DNA of 64,000 bases from Mayamaea pseudoterrestris (lineage: Eukaryota): NCBI GenBank assembly GCA_027923505.1, contig BROI01000002.1, positions 1,240,001 through 1,304,000 on the forward strand, written 5' to 3'. A program made the position numbers and the translations under genes. The notes under the pieces were generated by a model. It was given only the letters and a program-made list of their open reading frames with translations, did no database searches and had not been told where the DNA came from. Positions 34,758-45,150 of the stretch are shown piece after piece. Position 1 is the stretch's first letter. Each line of letters opens with the position of its first letter.

Positions 34758-35225
34758 GGACATCCGAAATTTGAAAGTAACCTGGATGTGTACAGCTCGT
34801 GGTGCGACATTTCTGATTGCCAACGCGTTTGACCGCAACGCATGTCAACGGCACGTCCGGCGCGAAGAATTGAACCCGCGCCGGCAAGCATCCACATTCG
34901 CCACTGAAAATTGGCGATCGTCTTAAGATGCGTCTTAAGACGCGTCTTAAGACCCGTCTTAAATTAAGACCCGTCTTAAAATATATACAGCAACGAAGAT
35001 AAGTTTATCTTAAGGAAACGTCTTAAGACGCGTCTCAATTCAAGACGCGTCTTAAACGATCTTAAGGCTAAATATTTCGCATTCTGCGATGCACGAGTCA
35101 GAGTTCCCACGCCAGCCGATCCATTATTGGCACGCGCGGGTCCTTATCCGTTGGCAATGGGACTTGATCGCCAAAATTAGCGCGCCAAACTGAGAACCGG
35201 TACGATCGCCTGTTTTCACATGTCC
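34758..35225. mobile_element. 468-bp MITE (PIF/Harbinger-like), element E3, abutting E2
   Basis: Imperfect TIRs GGACATCCGAAA / GGACATGTGAAA; CAG on both sides (34755-34757 and 35226-35228); TAAGACGCGTCTTA palindrome array at about 34920-35065. Confidence 0.78.
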
Positions 35226-35353
35226 CAGCTGCGATCTCACATTCATCAACCGCGACGGCGCGGTTCCATCGGCATGCCTTCCAACCATGGCACTCTTTCG
35301 CATCAAGGGACTGACGACGACGAGCACTTCGCCGTTCATATACCGTAGCATTC

Positions 35354-35518
35354 ATGAAACAACATCTACTAAAACTATTTTTGCTACTCCAATCCATGCT
35401 GCTGATTCCTCCATCAGCAGCAGCTGCTTCCTTTATTGTGACGCGAATGTTGCGGCAGCAGATCAAAAGGCAAACGAGTATGACTTTGAAACGAAAACAA
35501 TCATTCACGTCAAGGAGC

Positions 35519-35551
<33 letters not shown>

Positions 35552-36571
35552 GACTTTTCGACAAGTTACACGCTCCACGACTCATTTTCTCCGTCACTGT
35601 GCGCCAAATATGACGCTTTCATTCTTGATCAGTTTGGCGTCCTGCACAATGGCCAGGAGGCCCTGCCGGTCGCCCTAAAGTTGTGCCGTGACTTGTTTCA
35701 ACAAGGTAAGCAGCTTGTTATACTGAGCAACACGTCCGCGCCAGCCGACAAAGCGCTCGACAAGCTGGAGCAGCTTGGATTTCAGCGCCAATGGTTCGTC
35801 GGAGCCGTCACGTCGGGTGAGGAAGCGGCCAAGTACATTAAGCGTCAGTATACTGCAAGTACAGTCAAGGCACTCACGTTCACGTGGGACGCTCGCATTC
35901 CCAACAATCCGCGACTAACGGCCTTGCCAAGTGAGTTCATGACACTGGCGGGCAATGTCGACTACGCCGCGTCCGTGGAGGAGGCTGACTTTTTGTTGCT
36001 GCACGGGTCGCAAGTGTGGCAGCGCAGCGAAAATGACTGCACGTCACTCGACTACATTGACACTGGTGTTTCGGAGACGGTTGACGCGATTCTCGAGCAA
36101 TGCTTGCAGCGCCGCTTGCCCATGGTGTGCGCCAATCCCGACTTCGTTGTAGCGACACCCAGTGGTGGTGTGGCCTACATGCCGGGCGGCATTGCGGCGC
36201 GCTACGTCGAGTTGATTGCTGCACAAGAGACTGCAAGTGACGACGAGCCCATTTCCATTCACATGTTTGGCAAGCCAGAGCTAAAACACTTTGAGGCTTG
36301 CTTGAAACTGCTGGATTTGCCGGCCCCCAGGGTGGCGCACGTGGGAGACTCCTTGCACCACGACGTGGCGGGTGCGGCGGCAGCCAATATTGATAGCGTT
36401 TGGATTACAAACACGGGAATTCATCATCAAGAGTTAATGCGAGTACAAGGTTTTGACAGCAACAATGAGCTTGACGAAATCAAACTGCCAAGTGTGCCAG
36501 CACTCGAGCAAGTCATGCGCGACGCTGGAAACATTGTTCCGACGCATGTCGTTCCAGCCTTTTTGCAGTAA
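35354..36571 (+). CDS. HAD-superfamily subfamily IIA hydrolase, probably plastid-targeted
   Basis: FILDQFGVLHNG, ILSNTS, VTSGE, CANPD, MPG, GKP, HVGDSLHHDVAGA; signal peptide ending AAS-F followed by an S/R-rich transit-like region. Confidence 0.9.
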
Positions 36572-37257
36572 ACGAAACAACAAGGCGAGCAAGCCAAGCA
36601 AGTTAAGCGAGAGTCAGCTTGATGGTGCGACTGACGACAACGACAAGACTTGGTTTCAAGTAGACTGGCTGCGGCGTTAATTGCAATGAAACAAACTTGC
36701 CAGCAAGGGGCTTGCAGTCGACTTTCTATTCGTGTACTCATGCGCATGCCTACCACTGGCATGCTAAGATGAAAATATCGGACATGAGTGTACAAAACAT
36801 GATGAACATAAGTTGTCTAGTAGCTTACCTTGCTAATGATATATTCGCATTGACTCTTTAAGTATTATTTGTGTTGTGTGTGTGCGTGTATCTGATCATG
36901 TGACTTGACATGTTTGAAATTCCGAAAGGCTGCAAACTTTCAACCTGTTGCGTTAGCAGAACCCACCATGACAGAACCAACAAGCAGCGTCACATTGGCT
37001 GTTTTGAGGAAGCAAAAGGTCAGGTTGTGAATGATAAAACTTGTCAGGGTGGACCCATTTCGCTTACAGTATGAAAACCAATGCGCGATGCAGCGTAGTT
37101 TGTGTGTGATGGTGCGACTTCAAAACATATCGCACCGTTATCGATGCGATGAAACTCGCATCCACAACTTTTTGTTGCCGTCGCTGTCGCTCATCCGTTT
37201 CGAAAGCAAGCTATAGCTTTTTCGACACGTTGCCTTGTCGCTGCAAACAACTTTAAC

Positions 37258-37698
37258 ATGAGCGCATGGTCCGTCATGAACTCCTTTGCTGGCCTTGCCA
37301 GAGACCGCATGTGGTCAGCAGCAGCAAGTCAGCCATCATCATTTCCTTCGTTTCTACAATCACGCAACTTTTCCAAATTTATATCCAAGTCGGCCAAAAA
37401 GAGATTGGTCTTGACGACAAAGCGAGCCCACAAAGGTTTCTACAAGGGCAAGGGAGGTACCAAGGAGGGAAGAATTTCTAGCAAGGGCAAATTCATAGTA
37501 GATCCCTTGAAGCGCATGCAAATTGTTGCTCCAGATTTGACAGGATTCAAGGTACGCTCACAAACGAACAGATAACAATGAGATAGATTATTTTACCATG
37601 TGATAGAGATTTCTTAACCTCAATCTCTTCTTTCTTTACAGTTAAAACCCTACATTGCGTCGAGTGCGTCGCGATTCGCGCCTGAAATTCGTCGGTAA
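37258..37698 (+). CDS. MRPL41: Mitochondrial ribosomal protein mL41 (yeast MRPL27 family), 2 exons
   Basis: Exons 37258-37551 and 37642-37698. Spliced motif LTTKRAHKGFYKGKG...G...VAPDLTGFKLKPYIA; mitochondrial-type presequence. Confidence 0.9.
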
Positions 37699-38393
37699 CC
37701 TTTAACGTTTCTAAGTTAACTTTAGACGTTACGTTATACAAAGCATCATTTTCACAGTGTAATCTAGCATGTACAGTGGCTCCTCGTATGTCGCCAGTTC
37801 CTACGCATGGTCATTTTCATTAACCAAACTTTGTTCACTTGCACTCCGCTGCAACAGCGCTGGCCGATTCTCAACTTTTTTGAATACCATCAAACTGACA
37901 CGAGCAGTAACATTTTACTCCACTGTTCATGTTTCATGCTTGGCAAACCAATTTAGCAAGTGATGTGCATGACCGCCATGCGCATGCATCAGCTAATCCA
38001 TACCCCAAAGGGCGCAAGTTGCCGAGGGAACTTTCTCAAGTCGCTTAGAAGTGACACTGCCGCCAGAAGCAGCGCTTCGTGAACGGTGAGTTCCATGTAG
38101 GAATTCAATGTTTCAAGACCCTGCAAATGGCGCAGCGTCGGAGAGGCTTGCGGTTTCGGGGACAGCATGCCAAGACTGGCTTCATCGGTGGCTCAACGAG
38201 GATGAGGATTGGCTTTGAACAGCACGGACAACGCGAGCATGTTGATGAATAATACTTGAGCTACTGAAACATATCCATTCAGAATTATAATGCATGGCAT
38301 CCTTGTCCAAAGCAAGCACTTCATCTGTCTATAACTTGCCCCAGGCGCAGCACTGAAAAAGTGCTATATACTCGTCTATCGTATACATCGCTG

Positions 38394-40913
38394 TCAATCC
38401 AGCTGAAAGTCGATAAGCTCCAATTTGGGCTGCTTTGGAACTCGTCCAAAAACCTCGCGGGCGTCCTTGCCACCATACACCTCGAAGCATCGTTTCGCCT
38501 CACGATCGGCATCCTCGGCACCATTCGCAAGCTTTGCTCTCAAGGCTAGCGTCGACATGCTTTCCACGTGGCACAGCGTCTCTTGGTTCAATACTCGAGC
38601 GCTGTGCGGAACATGTTCCTGTCGCTCCAATGCCTCCTCCATGCGTTTGCAGACAAGAGCGGCATTTCCCGACGTGCGAGCCCACTGTCGGCGAACGTCG
38701 CATCCCAAACGAAGCGAGAGAGGTTGAGGTTCCTTCTTGGTGCACTGGTTGTAGTAGAGTCGGATTCCGTCAAGATTCTGACGCTGGCGCGAACAATAAA
38801 TAGCCTTTTCTAATATTTGCTTGAGATAAATCTGACAGCCCTCCGAGATTGCAGCCAAAACAGCGTCATCCTCGGCAACATCTTCATTGTACCAGGAATT
38901 TGTTTCAGGCGAAGTCACAGCCGTCATGGCGGGCAAGGCTGATAGTCCTGGCAAGACCGGACCGTCACGACGAGTCAATTCTGGCAGTCGCACGCGAGCC
39001 CAAGCCGTCCGCGACGAGACAACGTTGGAATGCGCCCACCCTGGAACAATAAAGCTAGCACCAATGTCACTCATGGTGAGAGCTTTGGTCGTCTTGACTG
39101 GCGACGGCTGCAACTCGTCCGACATCCACTGCGGCGGTGCAAACATGAGGCGTTCGCCAGTCATCAAGCCAGCCGTCGTCCAGTCAAAGTTGACAGCATT
39201 ATCGACCATTTGCATAAACTCATTGTACTCGCGAGGAGCGCTTGATTGTTGCGTCTCGGTTGTAGGCAATGGATTCGTTGTCGATGCCGCTTTTTTAACA
39301 CCGGGCGAACCAGCTACCTTGCGCGACTGATTGTTCATGGATGAACTAGTGGGAAGGGGCGACTTTGCGGTTGCACCGCCGGCTGGTTTGGACTTGTTAA
39401 ACGCGAACGGCTGCGACGCTTGCTGATGCGGGACGTTGCTACTAGACTTTGGACCACCGGATGACGTTGGTGGGTACTTATTCACGCCTTGCTGCTGCGG
39501 CTTGGCTGTCGAACTGTTTCCAGCGGCAGCTAGCGCCATTTTCCGCTGCTCCATATCCTGCCGCATGGCCGCCATGGATGGAGGCGCTTGTGACGAGTTT
39601 GGCCGTGAGCTTGATGACGGCGGAATCAAATGAGGCTGTTGCTGCGAGCCGCTGCCATTTGGATTCATCATTTGCTGCTGCTGCTGAGGCGGCATCATTC
39701 CACCTCCACTTGGTCCTTGTCCACTTGGTCCTTGTCCATTAGGTCCTCGACTACTACTATTACTTGTACTACTGCCACCACTCCCATCCGCCTTCTTTTC
39801 CTTCTCCTTCAAAAAGTGGTTCAAATACGCTTCCGCTCTCTTCCAATACTGATCACCAACCACTTGACGTAGTCGATGCTTCATACTTGCCGTGACACTT
39901 TCATATCCCCGCTCCTGCCGCTTGTTTCGCTCGGCGCAATCCTTGATAATCGTCTTGACCGTTTGGTGCAAGGTGGGATCCTTGGTTTCCAAGTACTTCA
40001 TCAAGACGCGGGTAAACATGATAAACTTTTCCTTTTGCTTCTTCATTTCGCGGTCAAAGGCAATGCGCTCCGCCGTCCCGGCGGGTGGTGGTGCAGCGGA
40101 TGATGATGATGAAAGTGGTAGTCCGGAGGCGCCGCCAGCGCCAGTGTTAGACGCTGCAGCTGGTCCAGCGTGAACGTTTGACGTTGAGAGAGTTGCGGCG
40201 GATGAGCTTGAAGTAGCTGAAGTGTTATTGCTGCCATTTCCGTAGGCGTAGGGAGGCTGCTGTGGCCGACGGCCTTGTTGTTGCTGCTGCTGCTGCTTGT
40301 GCTTGGACCGCTCAATGATTTGACTCACCGGAGTAGGTGCGTATGGATCCTTGCTACTGCCTGCCTGCATATTGGGCGGTCCTCGATTGCTTTGACTTCC
40401 TTGCGCCGGCGTGGAAGTAACGGAAATCACAGCCTGATGGGGAATTCCTCCGCGAGCGGCCACTGGACGATGCTGCTGTGACGATGCTTGCTGCTGCTGC
40501 ATGCCTGGATGCGTGCTGCTGAAAGCAGATCCTGCCATATTGCTGCTGATCGCCTGATTGTTATTGTTGGAAACATTTGCAGACGCTGGAGCATACATTT
40601 GCGAAAGTCGCATTGTCATTTCGGAAGGTTTCTGCGATTGCTGCTGCTGCGGAGGCTGTCGGGCTTGCTGCTGATGCTGCATGGGTTGAGGCGGACGCAT
40701 TTGCTGCTGAGGCGGATGCTGCTGCTGTTGCTGCGGAGGACGCTGCATGGTAGGCTGTTGCTGCTGCGGCGGCACCTGGACGGATCGTTGCTGAGCCATT
40801 GGCGGAGCTGGAGCCGCTGCAACTGGAGGCTTCTTGGCTTGATCGGAATCGGATTCGTCGCCCGACGAAGAATCGTCTCCAAGCAGAAGATTTTCCATAT
40901 TGTTTCCTGACAT
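38394..40913 (-). CDS. Q/P-rich nuclear protein with C-terminal TAF4-like histone-fold region
   Basis: 839-aa ORF with poly-Q/P tracts; helical domain KEKFIMFTRVLMKYLE...YWKRAEAYL; histone-fold-like DDAVLAAISEGCQIYLKQILEKAIYCSRQRQN; terminal KLELIDF resembles the TAF4 C-terminal motif. TAF4 identity is an inference. Confidence 0.7.
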   Translation of the reverse strand: MSGNNMENLLLGDDSSSGDESDSDQAKKPPVAAAPAPPMAQQRSVQVPPQQQQPTMQRPPQQQQQHPPQQQMRPPQPMQHQQQARQPPQQQQSQKPSEMTMRLSQMYAPASANVSNNNNQAISSNMAGSAFSSTHPGMQQQQASSQQHRPVAARGGIPHQAVISVTSTPAQGSQSNRGPPNMQAGSSKDPYAPTPVSQIIERSKHKQQQQQQQGRRPQQPPYAYGNGSNNTSATSSSSAATLSTSNVHAGPAAASNTGAGGASGLPLSSSSSAAPPPAGTAERIAFDREMKKQKEKFIMFTRVLMKYLETKDPTLHQTVKTIIKDCAERNKRQERGYESVTASMKHRLRQVVGDQYWKRAEAYLNHFLKEKEKKADGSGGSSTSNSSSRGPNGQGPSGQGPSGGGMMPPQQQQQMMNPNGSGSQQQPHLIPPSSSSRPNSSQAPPSMAAMRQDMEQRKMALAAAGNSSTAKPQQQGVNKYPPTSSGGPKSSSNVPHQQASQPFAFNKSKPAGGATAKSPLPTSSSMNNQSRKVAGSPGVKKAASTTNPLPTTETQQSSAPREYNEFMQMVDNAVNFDWTTAGLMTGERLMFAPPQWMSDELQPSPVKTTKALTMSDIGASFIVPGWAHSNVVSSRTAWARVRLPELTRRDGPVLPGLSALPAMTAVTSPETNSWYNEDVAEDDAVLAAISEGCQIYLKQILEKAIYCSRQRQNLDGIRLYYNQCTKKEPQPLSLRLGCDVRRQWARTSGNAALVCKRMEEALERQEHVPHSARVLNQETLCHVESMSTLALRAKLANGAEDADREAKRCFEVYGGKDAREVFGRVPKQPKLELIDFQLD

Positions 40914-41259
40914 TTTATAGCTTCTGATTGGTTAGAAGTACTCAATAGCTAATATACAAAGGAGATGGCTATGTGAGAAGGACACGGCTAAGCTCTCATG
41001 CAATTAGTCAAGTTCATGGTGGAGAGCGCGACGAACGAAGAAACCGCGGATGCGTTTTTCATTTGGCGTCGCACCAGCACTAGAGGTGTCTCTGTGACGT
41101 CAGATGAGAAGCCTTTCGCGGGTGCGCCAAAGTTGCTCGTCCATGGCGTGGACCGGGAACGAGGATCCCTCGACTGGGACGCTATTCCTTCGCTCGCAAC
41201 AACGCTGATCGCCTTTTCGCTAACCTTGCCATTATTATTGCTGCAACAAGACGACTAGC

Positions 41260-42504
41260 ATGGGAAATAATACAAGTCGTCAATTAGGACAAGAGCATCG
41301 GCTTTGGTTGAAGGGTCTCGATCGTCAAGCTCGCAATCAGTTTCTCGTTCCAGCGCGTCAGCGAATGGCGAACAAGTTGGCGAGCGTTGAAGAAAGTAAT
41401 GAAATGCAAATAGACAGAATTTTATTACTTCATATTGCATTGGAACCAGCTGTATTGAAACTGCTGCGGCGTGGAGTAGCAAAGGCTGAGTCGATGGAAG
41501 TATTCAGGGATCGGGAAACAGACAATCACGAAGTAGCCTTAAATTGGAACCCTGCCATGCCAAGCTCTGTTTATACTTACGTGGTAAACTCAATCGCGAA
41601 AATACTGTTGTGTGCGCGACGTTTGACCAGATTGCACTCATGTTGGGATGAACTCATGACGTTGTCAGTGGTGGCCGCCTGTCCCCCACAACTCGAAATA
41701 CTCAGAATCAGAATTAACCGAGCTTTAAGTGCCTACGAAATAGTACAGTTGACGAACGGCATACTCAAACACAAGCAGACACTTCAGCAAGTTGAACTTC
41801 ACACTGAATGGCCAGCGCTGTTTATACATGTCGGGCCAATTCTTGAAACGCTCCCGCACTTGAAAAGATTGTGGCTGGCAGGCCTCGGTAATTCGTTGAC
41901 AAGGATTCCGCCAGACGTGGCTACAGCTATTGGTAGTTTAATACGACATGTCAAACCTGACTATCTTAAACTAATTGGCATGATGGTTGCGTCAAGACAA
42001 GCTTGCGACATCATATGCTCCTCTCTCCAACACGCATCAGTTCACGAGCTTGTCCTGCTTTGCATGCCCTTTATCAATCCATTGCAATTGGCAACAGCGC
42101 TCGCAGAGTCCCCAACCAAGCGCCTGAGCTTGCTCGTCACCGATACCGGTGCCCTCGACAATGAAACTATCGAAGCATTTATATCTACTTTGGCGCACTC
42201 CAAGTCGTCTGAACTTGAAGCTTTGTTTATTAGTACCGATGATACATCCTTAGTCTCTCTAGATTTTTTTGAATCGAAAACCTTTGGCATGGAGAGTGAG
42301 ATTTGCTGTCGAGTGGAGCGTATACTCAATTTGAATCGCGAACGTCGCCTGTCGCTCCCTGTCTTTGAAGGCTTTCATCATATCCTGGAGAGCAATGGTC
42401 CAGTTCAGTTTGCAAACGTGTTCGCGGTCAATCCAACAATTGTCTTTGAATATTTGCGTCGCGACAAGTGGGGTCTGCAAAAGGCAATGCTCGGGTTGCC
42501 TTAA
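41260..42504 (+). CDS. Hypothetical RNI-like/leucine-rich protein
   Basis: 414-aa ORF with LxxLxL periodicity (LPHLKRLWLAGL, LEILRIRI); C-terminal LNLNR...IVFEYLR; MGNNTS possible myristoylation start. Confidence 0.65.
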   Translation: MGNNTSRQLGQEHRLWLKGLDRQARNQFLVPARQRMANKLASVEESNEMQIDRILLLHIALEPAVLKLLRRGVAKAESMEVFRDRETDNHEVALNWNPAMPSSVYTYVVNSIAKILLCARRLTRLHSCWDELMTLSVVAACPPQLEILRIRINRALSAYEIVQLTNGILKHKQTLQQVELHTEWPALFIHVGPILETLPHLKRLWLAGLGNSLTRIPPDVATAIGSLIRHVKPDYLKLIGMMVASRQACDIICSSLQHASVHELVLLCMPFINPLQLATALAESPTKRLSLLVTDTGALDNETIEAFISTLAHSKSSELEALFISTDDTSLVSLDFFESKTFGMESEICCRVERILNLNRERRLSLPVFEGFHHILESNGPVQFANVFAVNPTIVFEYLRRDKWGLQKAMLGLP

Positions 42505-42834
42505 ATTGCCGTTGGTCGTATGAAACAAGACATTATAGCCAAGAAATCATGCTCTCTCTGACATAAGTTCTAAATCAGTAACTATAATTTTAACTTTACT
42601 ACTTCTGCAACATTGGTATGCGTACTCTGCGCTATCTGTTTAGGGCAACAATCGCAAACGCAAGGATCGACAGGCAAGTATTAGGATGGGATAGCTAATC
42701 TGGTAACGGTACGACTAGCATGGCGTCAGCAAATTCCGCCGCGCCTCGCCGCGCCTCGTCACAATCGAACAGAAACGAAAATGAAGGGGAACAACAAGGT
42801 TCAATCCATACCTCCAATGACAAGATACTTATTA

Positions 42835-44437
42835 ATGATGCGATTTCAAGTCTCTCTATTCCTAATAGTTGCGACATTATCAGCGAGTGTTGCCTTTGTG
42901 GTAGCTCCGCGCAATGCTCGGCACGATCGACTCCTTTCGGCGTCAGCCATCACTGCGACAGCCTCCAGTCTAGCAAATCATACCGTTGAAAGCCAATCAG
43001 CAGCTATTCACATGCCTCATGCTTATATCGCTGAGCAGACACGAAGAGACTTTGAGATTTTAGATATTCGTGACGACAAGGCTGATGAAACAAACATTAA
43101 CAATGAGCAGCAGCAGCAACTACATGACCTTGTCTACTTGGACTCGGCCGCCACATCGCAGAAGCCCCGCTTCGTTTTGGATGCCGTCAACTACTACTAC
43201 ACGCACCAAAACGCTAACGTTCATCGCGGGGCGCATTCACTGAGTCGCAAGGCGACCGAAGCCTACGAGGCGGCGCGTGACAAGGTGGCAAACTTTGTGA
43301 ATGCGTACAGTCGCAACGAAGTTGTCTTTACGAGCGGCGCCACGGAGGCAATCAACTTGGTGGCGCAAACCTATGGAAGAGCCTTTTTGAAGGAAGGTGA
43401 CGAAATTGTATTGACCGAGGCGGAGCATCATGCCAACTTGGTGCCGTGGCAAATGCTGCGCGATCAAGTCAAGGTGCAACTCAAGTTTGTGCGCGTCGAC
43501 ACTAGCACTGGCTGCTTGGATTTGGAGCACTTTGAGTCGCTGCTGTCGCACAAGACCAAGTTCGTCTCCTTTCAGCACGTTTCCAACGTTCTTGGTTGCG
43601 TCAATCCGGTGCAACGTATGGTGCAAATGGTGCGCCAGCATGCGTCGCCCGACGCCAAGATTTTGCTCGACGCCTGCCAGTCGGTGCCTCACATGCCGGT
43701 GGACGTGCAAACGCTTGGCGTCGACTTTTTGGCCGCATCAGGTCACAAAATGTGCGGACCGACTGGCATTGGCTTTTTGTGGGGCCGCCAAGACTTGCTG
43801 AACAGCATGCCGCCTTACCAAGGCGGCGGCGAAATGATTGACACCGTCACGTTGGAGCAATCGACGTGGCAGCTTGCGCCGGCGCGATTCGAGGCGGGGA
43901 CTCCGGCCATTGCGCAAGCGGTGGGACTGGGAGCGGCGATTGACTACTTGCAACAGATTGGTATGGATGAAATTGAAGCGTATGAACATGAACTGGCAGT
44001 ATACTTGTTTGATCAGTTGAGCCAAGTACCAGGTATCACTATTCTGGGACCTCAACGCGGTCAAGAGCGAGTCGCACTGTGTGCCTTTGTCCATGAAAGC
44101 GTTCATCCCAGTGACTTGAGCTCGTTCTTGGACATGGAAGGCGTGGCGGTTCGTGCAGGACACCACTGCTGTCAACCACTGCATCACGTGTACGGACACT
44201 CGCATTCAGCAAGGGCAAGCCTATATTTCTACAATACAAAAGAGTGAGTAAACGTGTGTGCTGTTGGAGTGCTGATAACATGTGGATGATGAGATGCGAG
44301 TTCCTAACCAATCTTGTCTATTGCACAGAGAAATTGACGTCTTCATCGACAAGCTTCAAGCGACCATTGCTTTCTTCACTAGCCTAGAGACGACAAACGT
44401 GGACGGTTCGGGGGGAGACTTTGTCCCTTTCATATAG
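42835..44437 (+). CDS. sufS: Plastid cysteine desulfurase SufS, 2 exons
   Basis: VYLDSAATSQKP, NANVHRGAH, EHHANLVPWQ, DACQS, SGHKMCGPTG (PLP Lys), RAGHHC; exons 42835-44243 and 44329-44437; signal peptide ending SVA-F. Confidence 0.95.
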
Positions 44438-45150
44438 CATACATGCCGGCTTAAGTTTAGAAAGAAACTATGTACAAAGCTTGCTTATGTTTGTGATGTT
44501 CTACTTTTGCGTAGAACATTGTGACCAGCACAGGTTCCAACGCCCCAGGAACCCTCGCTATCCATTCAAAAAGCGCCATTGTTTCTCATTCGTCATTATT
44601 ACTTTGTCTCGGTGACTTTGGAAAGGCGGACAATGACGATTGTAGCGACCCATTACTGTTGCTTCGTTCCGAAAATGTGCTGCTGCTTGAAGTATGATGG
44701 CTTTGCCAAAGGTTTGACACTTGCACAATTTCAGCTTGACCACTGGATAGACTCAACAGATTGTCATTCACTTTACCGACTCGCTCCAAAACAGTCCGCA
44801 GTTGACTTGCCATGCTGTAGAAGAGAAAGTATTCGAAATGGAGTCGCGAGTAGTGTGAGTAAAAAGCATTTTCAACCAGATAAAATGATACGGTAGCTCC
44901 CTTTGACTCACTCTTCCAATAGAATCTGCCTCTCCTGTTCAAACACCGCTGTCGTTTCGTCTTGGTCATTTTCTGCGGCAGCGGAAGGAGGGGACGCCAT
45001 GGTGAATGGCACGAAATGAATCTTGCGATTCGAAACACCGACGGCGCGGCGGGCGCGTCAGGGCTTAAGTCTTTTCATGTCACATGCATCGCATCGGTAC
45101 TCAGAACAGCTCATTCGATTTTTCGTCACAATGGAGATTCCGACTTGAAC

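Noticed and set aside
34857..34885. GC hairpin with TTGAACCC suggesting a tRNA T-arm
   Set aside because: No cloverleaf, D-arm or anticodon arm; it is part of E3 subterminal structure.
44440..45150. ORFs 44586-45038 (-) and 44579-44896 (+)
   Set aside because: No domain similarity by eye; more likely UTR/promoter between sufS and the GST gene.
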